64,000 nt of DNA from Bacillota bacterium. GTDB taxonomy: Bacteria > Bacillota > Clostridia > Lutisporales > Lutisporaceae. Where the stretch lies: the NCBI GenBank assembly GCA_049322695.1, contig JBMORW010000031.1, positions 14,349-78,348 of the forward strand. The letters are read 5' to 3'. Position 1 is the stretch's first letter. Each line of letters opens with the position of its first letter. The position numbers and the translations under genes were made by a program. Under the pieces are notes generated by a model. That model worked only from the letters and a program-made list of their open reading frames with translations, made no database searches and was not told the DNA's origin. Of this stretch, positions 1-8,462 are shown piece after piece.

Positions 1-178
1 TGTTCTGCGTAAATATGCTTACATTGGAAATTTCAGCATTGACCATATTTGATAATGCAAAATCTATTACTCTATACCTCCCTGCTATCGGAATAGCGGC
101 GATAGGCCTGTTATATGTCAATTCTTTAATGTTATCTTCTCTCTCACTAAGGTTGATAATCCCCATAAAATCTTTCAC
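1..178 (-). CDS. glgD: Glucose-1-phosphate adenylyltransferase subunit GlgD (N-terminal part; gene runs off the window start)
   Basis: The reverse-strand translation reads VKDFMGIINLSEREDNIKELTYNRPIAAIPIAGRYRVIDFALSNMVNAEISNVSIFTQN. This is an ADP-glucose pyrophosphorylase-like N-terminus lacking the GGxGxRL catalytic loop, as expected for GlgD. GGAGGG lies about 7 nt upstream of the GTG at 178, and the gene sits directly downstream of glgC. Confidence 0.8.
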   Translation of the reverse strand, partial: MKDFMGIINLSEREDNIKELTYNRPIAAIPIAGRYRVIDFALSNMVNAEISNVSIFTQN

Positions 179-207
179 TTTGCTTCCCTCCCGTAAATTG
201 CTATGCC

Positions 208-1362
208 TTATTCTTTATAGGTTGTATTTTCTTCAACTGTTTCACTTTCGCCAATCAGCGTAATTTTACCGGACGCGCTGTCTCCTATGATGCAGCCGGG
301 TTTTATCACTGAGTCGCTTCCTATTATAGCTTTTTCAATTACTACATTCTCCTCTATTCTTACATTTGGCATGACAACAGTATCAATCAACTTAGTGTTT
401 TTACCTATAAATACACCCGGGAATAAAACAGAATTAATAACCTCTCCATATATAACGCAGCCTTCACCCACCAGCGATCCGTTAACTGAAGCCCCTTCAG
501 CAGTAAAATGCGGAGGTCTGATAGGGTTAACTGAATATATTCTCCATGAAGTATCATAAAGGTTTAACTGGTTATCCTCCTTTAACAGGTCCATATTTGC
601 TTCCCAGAGGCTATCAACAGTTCCAACATCCTTCCAATAACCCTTGAAGGGGTATGCAAAAAGCCTGACACCATTTTGCAGCATTCCAGGTATAATATTT
701 TTCCCGAAATCATTGGAAGAATTTTCATCAAGCTCATCATCAATAAGGTATTTTTTTAATGTCTGCCAGTTGAAAATATAAATTCCCATTGATGCAAGAT
801 TGCTTTTTGCATTCTTTGGTTTTTCTTCAAACTCATATATACTTCCGTCACTGTTGGTATTCATAATACCGAATCTGTTAGTTTCCTCCCAAGGGACATC
901 AATAACGGCTATTGTGGCTTCAGCCTTCTTCTCCTTATGGAAATCAAGCATCAGGGAGTAATCCATCTTGTAAATATGGTCTCCCGACAATATAAGCACA
1001 TACTCAGGCTCATAATAATCAATAAAATTTATGTTCTGATATATTGCATTTGCAGTTCCTTTATACCATTCTCCGCCTTTTTCGTTAACATAAGGCGGCA
1101 GTAACGTTACCCCGCCCTTTTTTCTATCCAGATCCCAAGGACTTCCTATTCCAATATATGAGTTCAGAATAAGGGGCTGGTACTGGGTCAATACACCTAC
1201 AGTATCTATACCTGAATTTGAGCAATTGCTTAAAGGGAAATCTATAATTCTGTATTTTCCTCCGTAAGGCACTGCAGGCTTAGCTATTTTCTTTGTTAAA
1301 AGAGTCAGCCTGCTTCCTTGTCCGCCTGCCAAAATCATTGCTATCCATTCTTTTTTTTGCAT
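208..1362 (-). CDS. glgC: Glucose-1-phosphate adenylyltransferase
   Basis: 384-aa ORF. It has the N-terminal [37 protein letters not shown] nucleotidyltransferase motif and a C-terminal left-handed beta-helix region. GGAGGG RBS 8 nt upstream. Confidence 0.95.
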   Translation of the reverse strand: MQKKEWIAMILAGGQGSRLTLLTKKIAKPAVPYGGKYRIIDFPLSNCSNSGIDTVGVLTQYQPLILNSYIGIGSPWDLDRKKGGVTLLPPYVNEKGGEWYKGTANAIYQNINFIDYYEPEYVLILSGDHIYKMDYSLMLDFHKEKKAEATIAVIDVPWEETNRFGIMNTNSDGSIYEFEEKPKNAKSNLASMGIYIFNWQTLKKYLIDDELDENSSNDFGKNIIPGMLQNGVRLFAYPFKGYWKDVGTVDSLWEANMDLLKEDNQLNLYDTSWRIYSVNPIRPPHFTAEGASVNGSLVGEGCVIYGEVINSVLFPGVFIGKNTKLIDTVVMPNVRIEENVVIEKAIIGSDSVIKPGCIIGDSASGKITLIGESETVEENTTYKE

Positions 1363-1414
1363 TTATGTTCCCTCCCTTAAAAATACATGTAAGAAAAAAT
1401 GTATAATAAAAAAT

Positions 1415-3382
1415 CTAAATCAAAGTCAGCTCCAAGGCCTCTGCCAGTTCTACATCTGCTTGCATGGCAGCCTTTTTGGACTTCTCAACTATATTGATAC
1501 CTTTGATCATGATTGCTGCCAGTGGGGGTATCTTTACTACTATGGTATGCTCCTGGTTATGCCATTTTTCATCAAGCGCATAGATGCTTCCATAATTAAT
1601 CTGCCCTGAGCCGCCATATTCTTCAGAATCACTGTTGAAAATTTCTTTATACTCACCCATATAAGGTACTCCGATCCTATAGCTGTCATGATATACAGGC
1701 GTGAAATTACATACAACTATCATGAAATCCGACGGATTCTTGGATTTTCTCATAAATGCTATGACGCTTTGATTATAATTGTTAGGATCAATCCATTCAA
1801 AGCCATCCCATGTGTGATCAAGCTCCCACAGCATCTTTTCACTTTTATAAAGCTCGTTTAGCTGCTTTACATAAAGCTGCAGCTTTTTATGCATATCATA
1901 CTCCAGCAGTATCCAGTCCAAACCATATGCATATCTCCATTCGATAAACTGACCGAATTCTCCACCCATAAAAAGCAGCTTCTTTCCGGGATGAGTAATC
2001 ATATAACCGTAAAAAGCCCTGAGATTGGCAAACTTCTGCCAATAATCTCCTGGCATCTTGTCAATAAGTGATTTCTTCCCATGCACTACCTCATCATGCG
2101 ACAATGGAAGTATAAAATTCTCTGAATAAATATACATAAATGAAAAGGTTATAAGATTATGATGAAACTTCCTATATACTGAGTCCATTTCCATATATTT
2201 GAGCATGTCATTCATCCAGCCCATATTCCACTTATAGTTAAAGCCCAGTCCTCCCAGGTATGTAGGGGCTGTAACCAGTGGCCATGTTGTTGACTCCTCT
2301 GCAACCATAAGTACATTGGGATAGAATTTGTATACTGCTTTATTCAGCCTTTTTATGAACTCCACGGCCTCAATATTTTCTCTGCCGCCGTACTTATTAG
2401 GCTGCCATTCACCGTGGTTTTTGCCGAAATCCAGATAAAGCATGCTGGCAACGGCATCTACACGTATTCCATCTATATGATACATGTCAAACCAGAAGAG
2501 AGCATTGGATACTAAAAAGCTCATGACCTCGTTTCTTCCCAGATCAAAGTTGGCAGTCCCCCAGCCAATGTTCTCACCTTTCACTTCATCAGCATACTCA
2601 TATAAGGGAGTACCGTCAAACCTTCTGAGTCCGTGATCATCCTTGCAGAAATGCCCCGGTACCCAGTCCATTATTACACCTATACCCTTTTGATGGCACC
2701 TGTCTACAAAATACATGAAATCATAAGGAGATCCGTACCTGCTGGTTACTGAGAAATATCCGGTAGACTGGTATCCCCAGGAACCATCAAAGGGATGCTC
2801 AGTCAAAGGAAGTATTTCTATGTGTGTATAGCCCATATAGCACACATAGTCTATTAAATCATCAGCAAGCTCCCTATAAGTATGAAACTCCCCATCCCAT
2901 TTTCTTTTCCAGGATCCCAAATGTACCTCATATATATTGACAGGTCTTTCATATACGTTCATTAAGCTTCTTTCATCCAGCCATTTACTATCATTCCACT
3001 GATAATTCTTCAGATTAACTACCTTAGATGCCGTACCTGGTCTCAGCTCGGAATAAAAAGCATAGGGATCGGACTTAACCAGAATTCTGCCGTCTTTTGT
3101 ATGTATTTCGTACTTATACATATCCCACTGCTTTATCCCGGGAATGAATATATACCACAGTCCGGAGTCTTCTACCCTAGACATGCAATAATCGTTACTG
3201 TTCCAATCGTTGAACTCTCCTACTACTCTGACCTCTTTGGCATTAGGCGCCCATGTGCAGAAGCTGGTACCATCAAGTCCGTTGTAATTGACCAAATGAG
3301 CCCCCAAAAATTCATAGCTTCTAAAATGATTACCTTCATGAAAGAGATAAACGTCATAGGAGTTTATTGGCATATTCGCCAT
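1415..3382 (-). CDS. glgB: 1,4-alpha-glucan branching enzyme
   Basis: 655-aa ORF with GH13 catalytic motifs (GVIMDWVPGHF, DGIRVDAVASMLY, MVAEEST, LPLSHDEVVHGK). AGGAG RBS. Forms an operon with glgC/glgD. Confidence 0.95.
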   Translation of the reverse strand: MANMPINSYDVYLFHEGNHFRSYEFLGAHLVNYNGLDGTSFCTWAPNAKEVRVVGEFNDWNSNDYCMSRVEDSGLWYIFIPGIKQWDMYKYEIHTKDGRILVKSDPYAFYSELRPGTASKVVNLKNYQWNDSKWLDERSLMNVYERPVNIYEVHLGSWKRKWDGEFHTYRELADDLIDYVCYMGYTHIEILPLTEHPFDGSWGYQSTGYFSVTSRYGSPYDFMYFVDRCHQKGIGVIMDWVPGHFCKDDHGLRRFDGTPLYEYADEVKGENIGWGTANFDLGRNEVMSFLVSNALFWFDMYHIDGIRVDAVASMLYLDFGKNHGEWQPNKYGGRENIEAVEFIKRLNKAVYKFYPNVLMVAEESTTWPLVTAPTYLGGLGFNYKWNMGWMNDMLKYMEMDSVYRKFHHNLITFSFMYIYSENFILPLSHDEVVHGKKSLIDKMPGDYWQKFANLRAFYGYMITHPGKKLLFMGGEFGQFIEWRYAYGLDWILLEYDMHKKLQLYVKQLNELYKSEKMLWELDHTWDGFEWIDPNNYNQSVIAFMRKSKNPSDFMIVVCNFTPVYHDSYRIGVPYMGEYKEIFNSDSEEYGGSGQINYGSIYALDEKWHNQEHTIVVKIPPLAAIMIKGINIVEKSKKAAMQADVELAEALELTLI

Positions 3383-3688
3383 AAAATCACTCCTTGTTCA
3401 AAATTTTTGAAAATTATGAATATTATTCTACGAATAATTGTCTATTCCTGCATGTTCTGTGATATTTGTCAAAATAAATGATATAAATCACAAAACAGAC
3501 AGTATAATATGCTGCATGCTGTCAACCAAGCAGAACATTATAGTCCATGCTGCACATTCAATATTATATTAAAAAAAATCCAATACATTCATCAAAACAA
3601 GCAATTAACCAAATAACTTTTATATATTGATTATATTAATATGCTGTTTTGATATTGTTCACAAACAATTAAAAGCATGTTAAATAAT

Positions 3689-3967
3689 TTACTTTCTATC
3701 TTTTTTCTTAATATTTATAACCTTGGCTTTTCTAAGTTTTTCTATTGAGGAGGATACAGAATAATCCTTCAGCTCCTGTCTTATTGCGTTCCATATAAAA
3801 ATAAGTACTGCAATATCATCCAGCCAGCCTACTCCTATTATGAAATCGGGAACTATGTCAACCGGAAGCAGCATATATAGCGCACTTCCAATAAACAAGA
3901 GCTTCTTTATAATCGGAGCTCTCTTATCCCCCATATACTTTATCAGAAGCTTTATAGTTCTAAGCAT
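3689..3967 (-). CDS. DUF1232 (YkvA-like) small membrane protein
   Basis: 92 aa with the motif YMLLPVDIVPDFIIGVGWLDDIAVL typical of DUF1232. AGAGGTG RBS upstream of the ATG. Confidence 0.75.
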   Translation of the reverse strand: MLRTIKLLIKYMGDKRAPIIKKLLFIGSALYMLLPVDIVPDFIIGVGWLDDIAVLIFIWNAIRQELKDYSVSSSIEKLRKAKVINIKKKDRK

Positions 3968-4037
3968 TCTATCACCTCTTTATGGCAATGTAACTATCTG
4001 CCAATCTCTGATATCTAAATCTGCTATCTGGTTTTGA

Positions 4038-4145
4038 GTGCAGCTCATACTAAGCAGACGAGCCTATTGTGCAGGTGCTGCGAAGCTTGAACAGTACCGA
4101 AGGCCGTGCAGGGTATCCAGCTTCCAGTGTCTGCTGTCATCTGAT
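4038..4145. other. G+C-rich long imperfect hairpin; candidate structured RNA of unknown class
   Basis: Outer stem AGCAGAC (4053-4059) pairs with GTCTGCT (4129-4135). Next, GAAGCTTG (4082-4089) pairs with CCAGCTTC (4117-4124). The inner stem is TACC (4095-4098) with GGTA (4112-4115). The segment is visibly more G+C-rich than the AT-rich flanks. A T-rich run (ttttatttta) follows on the plus strand. No plausible ORF is present. Confidence 0.3.
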
Positions 4146-4257
4146 TTGTTTCCTCGTTTTATTTTATATATTTCTAGATTTGATATACATTTCCTTTATA
4201 TAGTCCCATTTTGTATGAGACTATTTTCTTATTTTTGTAAATACTTCCTGTACAAGC

Positions 4258-4286
4258 TTCACATATTGGAACATCTATAGTATAAT
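4258..4286 (+). promoter_or_regulatory. Putative sigma-A-type promoter of the LysM/PG-binding gene
   Basis: TTCACA (4258-4263), a 17-nt spacer, then TATAAT (4281-4286), about 80 nt upstream of the ATG at 4365. Confidence 0.35.
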
Positions 4287-4364
4287 GAAGTAAGGACAGC
4301 CTTGTTCCATATGGAAGCAGGGGACAAGCCTTTAGGTGCTGGGCTAAACGAGAGGAGATTGCGG

Positions 4365-5531
4365 ATGAAGAAGGACTTACTCAAAAAAATCTTTATTTTT
4401 ACTTTAGTTTTGGCAGTTTTTTTAAACCTTGGCTGTGTAGTATATGCAGAAGGCAACTCATTAAAAAAAGGTGAAACTTCTGAAGAAGTGAAAAGCGTGC
4501 AGGAAATGCTCAAAAAACTGGGCTATTTCGAGGAAGACTGCACTGGCTATTTTGGTCCTGTTACAGAGAATGCGGTCAAAGAGTTTCAAAAAGACAATAA
4601 GCTTACAGTTGATGGTGTAGTTGGTCCCCAAACTTTAAAGCAGCTTAAAAAGAAATATGCAGAAAAGATAAAAACAACCAGCAGAGGCTCCTCTGAATCA
4701 GGAAGTGTAATTCATACAGTCGTGCAGGGTGATTCGATATGGAAGCTGGCACAGGATTATGGAGTAACGGTAGATTCTATCCTGAAAGCCAACAACCTGT
4801 CAGAAAGCTCAGTATTGCAGATTGGTGACAAAATAACCATACCCGGCGCCAAGTCAAATGATGATTCAGGAATCACTATCGAAGCAATATATACTGTTAA
4901 AGAAGGGGATTGTGCATCTTTAATAGCAGAGGATTACGGCGTTTCAGTCAAAGCATTGCTAAAAGCCAACAATCTAACTGAAGATTCTGTATTGAAGATA
5001 GGACAGATAATCATTATTCCCGGTGACGAAGCCGATGATAGTGAAATTGAAGAAACCGAGCAAAACAACAGTGCAGATACAAGTGATAAACCAGGTACTG
5101 ATACTGCAGAAGAAAAAACTTCTTCCAATGTGACAAAGGGAGAATATTTGAACTGGTATGATGAGGTGCAGTATATATTCGAAAGAGGAGATATAGCCGT
5201 TGTTACAGATGTTAAAACGGGTAAAACCTTTAAAGTCAAGAGGTATCAAGGTCACAACCACGCTGATGCAGAACCTCTGACCGCAGAGGATACAGCTGTA
5301 ATGAAAGAACTATACGGCAGCTGGAGCTGGGATAGAAGAGCAATAATAGTAACTATTGACGGAAGGAACATTGCTGCTTCTATGAACGGAATGCCTCATG
5401 GAACCGAATCTATTACAGACAACAAGTTCAAAGGGCATTTCTGTATTCACTTCAAAGGAAGCAAGACACATGCAGGCAATAGGGTTGACAGAACTCACCA
5501 AGCCATGGTGAAAAAAGCTGCAGGTCTTTAG
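4365..5531 (+). CDS. Secreted cell-wall protein with a PG_binding_1 domain, two LysM domains and an uncharacterised C-terminal domain
   Basis: The start is taken at ATG 4365 (AGAGGAG RBS 7 nt upstream), which gives the signal-like N-terminus MKKDLLKKIFIFTLVLAVFLNLGCVVYA. The PG-binding repeat is GYFGPVTENAVKEFQKDNKLTVDGVVGPQT. The two LysM repeats are HTVVQGDSIWKLAQDYGVTVDSILKANNL and YTVKEGDCASLIAEDYGVSVKALLKANNL. The 4302 start in the ORF track lacks an RBS. Confidence 0.85.
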   Translation: MKKDLLKKIFIFTLVLAVFLNLGCVVYAEGNSLKKGETSEEVKSVQEMLKKLGYFEEDCTGYFGPVTENAVKEFQKDNKLTVDGVVGPQTLKQLKKKYAEKIKTTSRGSSESGSVIHTVVQGDSIWKLAQDYGVTVDSILKANNLSESSVLQIGDKITIPGAKSNDDSGITIEAIYTVKEGDCASLIAEDYGVSVKALLKANNLTEDSVLKIGQIIIIPGDEADDSEIEETEQNNSADTSDKPGTDTAEEKTSSNVTKGEYLNWYDEVQYIFERGDIAVVTDVKTGKTFKVKRYQGHNHADAEPLTAEDTAVMKELYGSWSWDRRAIIVTIDGRNIAASMNGMPHGTESITDNKFKGHFCIHFKGSKTHAGNRVDRTHQAMVKKAAGL

Positions 5532-5540
5532 TTGAAAATT

Positions 5541-5578
5541 ATACCCCCGGCATTGATATTACCGGGGGTATTTTGTTT
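5541..5578. terminator. Bidirectional rho-independent terminator
   Basis: TACCCCCGG (5542-5550) pairs with CCGGGGGTA (5562-5570), followed by a T-run. It lies between convergent genes. Confidence 0.8.
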
Positions 5579-5584
5579 CTTTCG

Positions 5585-6067
5585 TTATCTCTTGTTATTA
5601 TCATGCAGTACCTGATCTATAACTATTACCAGAGCCAGCATAAAACCCTGATCCTCATTTTCAGAAATCTCAACTCCATAGGTGTCACTGAAAGAGAACC
5701 ACTGCTTACTTACAGTCGCAACAATATAGCCATCCTTAACAATCTGAAAATCATGAGAAAAAATCTCTCCGTCTATTTCATATCTTCCTAAGGAGCTTTC
5801 TATAGTAAACTTAGGTTTAAAGAAAGTAAACTCCTTCTTGACAACTGCCGAAACCTGTCCTCCAGTGTATATGTAGTATTCCGGAAGGAATCTGAAAAGC
5901 TGCTGTTCTATATAAGCCACTTCATTTCCCAAAGCATCTTCAATTCGCAGCTTATCACCCAGCGAGAAAACCTTTCCCCTGACATAGAAACATTCATATC
6001 CCTCTTCGTTCTTTATTGCGAAGTTATCTCCGAAGCTGAATATCTTCTGCCTGACTAAATATCTCAT
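5585..6067 (-). CDS. LURP-one-related / YxjI family (tubby C-terminal-like fold) protein
   Basis: 160 aa. The N-terminus MRYLVRQKIFSFGDNFAIKNEEGYECFYVRGKVFSLGDKLRIEDALGNEV is typical of DUF567/LOR family proteins. GAGGTGGGTG RBS. Confidence 0.7.
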   Translation of the reverse strand: MRYLVRQKIFSFGDNFAIKNEEGYECFYVRGKVFSLGDKLRIEDALGNEVAYIEQQLFRFLPEYYIYTGGQVSAVVKKEFTFFKPKFTIESSLGRYEIDGEIFSHDFQIVKDGYIVATVSKQWFSFSDTYGVEISENEDQGFMLALVIVIDQVLHDNNKR

Positions 6068-6178
6068 TTTGCACCCACCTCATAAATATAATTTGAACTG
6101 GCTTAAATACTATTATAACAGATTTTCACATATCATTGTAAAATATACCAATATTTGATTTTAATTTAACAAATCTTA

Positions 6179-6206
6179 TTTACAAAGCAGCCAAAAATGA
6201 TATAAT
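6179..6206 (+). promoter_or_regulatory. Putative extended -10 promoter upstream of the Fur-family gene
   Basis: TTTACA (6179-6184), a 16-nt spacer, then TGaTATAAT (6198-6206). It overlaps the inverted repeat AAATGATA (6195-6202) / TATCATTT (6219-6226). Confidence 0.35.
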
Positions 6207-6357
6207 ATAGATAAATATTATCATTTAAAATTTGTTCTCTACAAAGAAAATACCGTTCATATGATAAAACAGACAGAAAATATAACAAGTATTGACAAAG
6301 CAGGAATATTAAACTATTCTGGTGTATGGTATATTATGTTTCGCTGGAGGGATTAGT

Positions 6358-6774
6358 ATGTTTGATATTGTAAAAAGTCTAAAGGATAAGGGGTTCAAGG
6401 TTACTCCCCAGCGTATAGCGGTGTATGAAATTCTTAGAAACACTAAAGAGCATCCAACTGTTGATATGATTTATAACAGATTACAGCCTCTATACCCTAC
6501 TATGAGCCTTGCGACAGTATACAAATCCTTAGAGGTGTTTAAAGAGCTCAATCTTGTTCAAGAGCTAAATGTAGGCGAGGATAAATTCAGATACGACGCG
6601 AATGTAAATCAACATCCTCATATTACATGCATGAGTTGTGGCAAGGTAGAGGATGTTGACGATGAAATGCTTTTTAATCTGCTGGAGCAGGTCACTAACA
6701 AGACAGGTTACACGCTTGTTAATCAGCAGCTGTATTTCTTTGGATATTGTCCCAGCTGTAAAACCAACAACTAA
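6358..6774 (+). CDS. Fur-family metalloregulator (Fur/PerR/Zur class not resolved)
   Basis: Start at ATG 6358 (GGAGGG RBS). The winged-helix segment is KVTPQRIAVYEILRNTKEHPTVDMIY. Metal-site motifs are HPHITCMSCGKV and GYCPSCK (CxxC...CxxC). Confidence 0.9.
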   Translation: MFDIVKSLKDKGFKVTPQRIAVYEILRNTKEHPTVDMIYNRLQPLYPTMSLATVYKSLEVFKELNLVQELNVGEDKFRYDANVNQHPHITCMSCGKVEDVDDEMLFNLLEQVTNKTGYTLVNQQLYFFGYCPSCKTNN

Positions 6775-6777
6775 AAT

Positions 6778-6814
6778 AATGGGCTGAATCTTTATGATTC
6801 GCCCATTTTTTTTC
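6778..6814. terminator. Rho-independent terminator (bidirectional)
   Basis: AATGGGC (6778-6784) pairs with GCCCATT (6801-6807), followed by T8. It lies between convergent genes. Confidence 0.8.
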
Positions 6815-7247
6815 ATGCATTCAGTAATGATTGATCCAGAGCAGTCCTTATGGCTTTGGCTATTTTGTTCAAAACATATGCAGAGTTTGTGGATGCACTG
6901 GGGCTTACAACATTTTGCTTCTGAATCACTTCATATATCAGCTGTGGTATTTCATCCTTCAACGCTCCATTTTCTTCAATAAACTTAGGCGGAAACTCCA
7001 ATAGCTTTATTTCCTTTATCTTTGTATTGGCTATTGTAACCTCAGCTTTAATATTACCGTAGTCAGTTTTCTCTGTGCCTATGTATATCCCATCCTTGAA
7101 TTTTAAATATGTATATCCTGATGATGGAACCCCGCTGCTTTCGGCTCTCAATGCAAAAAATACCATCAAGCCTATTATCAACATCAATAGTATTGCAGTA
7201 TAAATCATTAGATTCCTTTTGCTTAAAACAATAATCCTAGGTTTCAC
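6813..7247 (-). CDS. Membrane-anchored FMN-binding-domain-like protein
   Basis: GTG start with a GGGAGGG RBS 7 nt upstream. One N-terminal TM helix (LMIYTAILLMLIIGLMVFFAL). The following domain resembles FMN_bind (GIYIGTEKTDYGNIKAEVTIANTKIKEIKLLEFP...). The domain assignment was not verified by any search. Confidence 0.55.
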   Translation of the reverse strand: MKPRIIVLSKRNLMIYTAILLMLIIGLMVFFALRAESSGVPSSGYTYLKFKDGIYIGTEKTDYGNIKAEVTIANTKIKEIKLLEFPPKFIEENGALKDEIPQLIYEVIQKQNVVSPSASTNSAYVLNKIAKAIRTALDQSLLNA

Positions 7248-7380
7248 TTCATATCCCTCCCTGCCATAATGTTATTCAGCACACGCTTTATGTACTTTCT
7301 ATATATAAAATTATTACGAAAGGGATAAATATATGCCTTGTTGAACTAATAATATTTGTTGCCCATTTTATCATTTTCGG

Positions 7381-8376
7381 CTAAAGGGAGTTGGTCCATT
7401 TACCGCATCTGTCTCCCCACATGGCAACTGTCTTGTTATTCAAATTAACCTTTATTACTTCACAGCAGTTGTCACAGCTGTCACAATTGAAGCTGGTAGG
7501 ATGAAAATCACAGTATATGCCCTCGATGCCTCTGAAGGAGCTTCTTTTTCTGTCTTTTTCCACGTACTCCCTTGCCAGTATAGCACTTCCGATAGCTCCC
7601 ATTACATTATAATATTCTGGTATAATCACTTCATGTCCGATTTCTTTTTCAAAGGCAGCTCGAATACCTGCATTAGCTGCAACTCCGCCTTGAAATACAA
7701 AAGGCGGCTCAAGCTTCTTGCCCCGTCCAAGATTGTTTATATAATTTCTCACAAGAGCTTCGCAAAGTCCATTTATGATTTCCGGTTTGGAGAATCCGTA
7801 CTGCTGCTTTGATATCATGTCAGATTCAGCGAACACTGTACATCTCCCCGCTATTCGTACGCTTCTTTGAGCTTTTAAAGCAAGCTCACCAAAGCTCTCT
7901 ATAGGAACTCCCAATCTTTCTGCCTGATGCTCAAGAAAAGATCCGGTACCTGCAGCACATACAGTATTCATCGCAAAGTCTACAACCATTCCATTTCGAA
8001 GTAATATAATTTTTGAATCCTGTCCGCCTATTTCAAAAATAGTTCTGGCTTCCGGTATCATAGACAGAGTTGCTTTCGCATGGGCAGTTATTTCATTTTT
8101 CACCACATCTGCACCAACCATCACGCCTGTTAGCTGCCTGCCGCTTCCTGTTACCCCTGCTGCCATAACATTAAGCTTGTCACCGAATTCCTTTTTCAGA
8201 TTCCTAATTCCTTCCTTAACTGTTTCCAAGGGCTGTCCATTGCCTCTTAGATACTGCGCCGATACTATTCTGTTTTGCCGGTCTAGGGCAACAATGTTTA
8301 TGCTTACCGAGCCAACATCAATCCCCAGGCTTACATCCTGGGGCAATGACTTTTCACAAACTATGTAATCTTGCAT
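7381..8376 (-). CDS. BcrAD/BadFG-family ATPase (acyl-CoA dehydratase activase-like) with a C-terminal Cys-rich tail
   Basis: 331 aa with ASKHA-fold motifs (LGIDVGSVSINIV, FEIGGQDSKII, CAAGTGSFL, FQGGVAANAG). The C-terminal tail is CDFHPTSFNCDSCDNCCEVIKV...GDRCGKW. GGAGG RBS. Confidence 0.85.
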   Translation of the reverse strand: MQDYIVCEKSLPQDVSLGIDVGSVSINIVALDRQNRIVSAQYLRGNGQPLETVKEGIRNLKKEFGDKLNVMAAGVTGSGRQLTGVMVGADVVKNEITAHAKATLSMIPEARTIFEIGGQDSKIILLRNGMVVDFAMNTVCAAGTGSFLEHQAERLGVPIESFGELALKAQRSVRIAGRCTVFAESDMISKQQYGFSKPEIINGLCEALVRNYINNLGRGKKLEPPFVFQGGVAANAGIRAAFEKEIGHEVIIPEYYNVMGAIGSAILAREYVEKDRKRSSFRGIEGIYCDFHPTSFNCDSCDNCCEVIKVNLNNKTVAMWGDRCGKWTNSL

Positions 8377-8440
8377 GTTCTACCTCCAAGTTGAACTTTT
8401 ACCACTATATATTTTTCTCCACAAAAAAGATTTTTTATAC

Positions 8441-8462
8441 AAAAAAACACGACAGAGTCGTG
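8441..8462 (-). terminator. Rho-independent terminator after the 493-aa gene
   Basis: CACGAC / GTCGTG hairpin (8448-8462) immediately after the stop codon, followed by a T7 run on the minus strand (A-run 8441-8447). Confidence 0.7.

Noticed and set aside
4302-4364. Upstream extension of the LysM/PG-binding ORF
   Set aside because: The signal peptide starts at MKKDLLKK (4365), which has an AGAGGAG RBS. The putative promoter's -10 element at 4281-4286 leaves too little room for a translated extension starting at 4302 with an RBS.
4038-4364. c-di-AMP (ydaO) riboswitch upstream of the LysM cell-wall gene; also SRP RNA or 6S RNA for the GC-rich hairpin
   Set aside because: I found none of the conserved ydaO blocks I remember (GGGGAxCCA, GGUGAAUC, CCGAACCC...AGCUAACC), nor the SRP domain IV GGAAGCAGC motif. 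In addition, the hairpin lies upstream of the likely promoter of the LysM gene.
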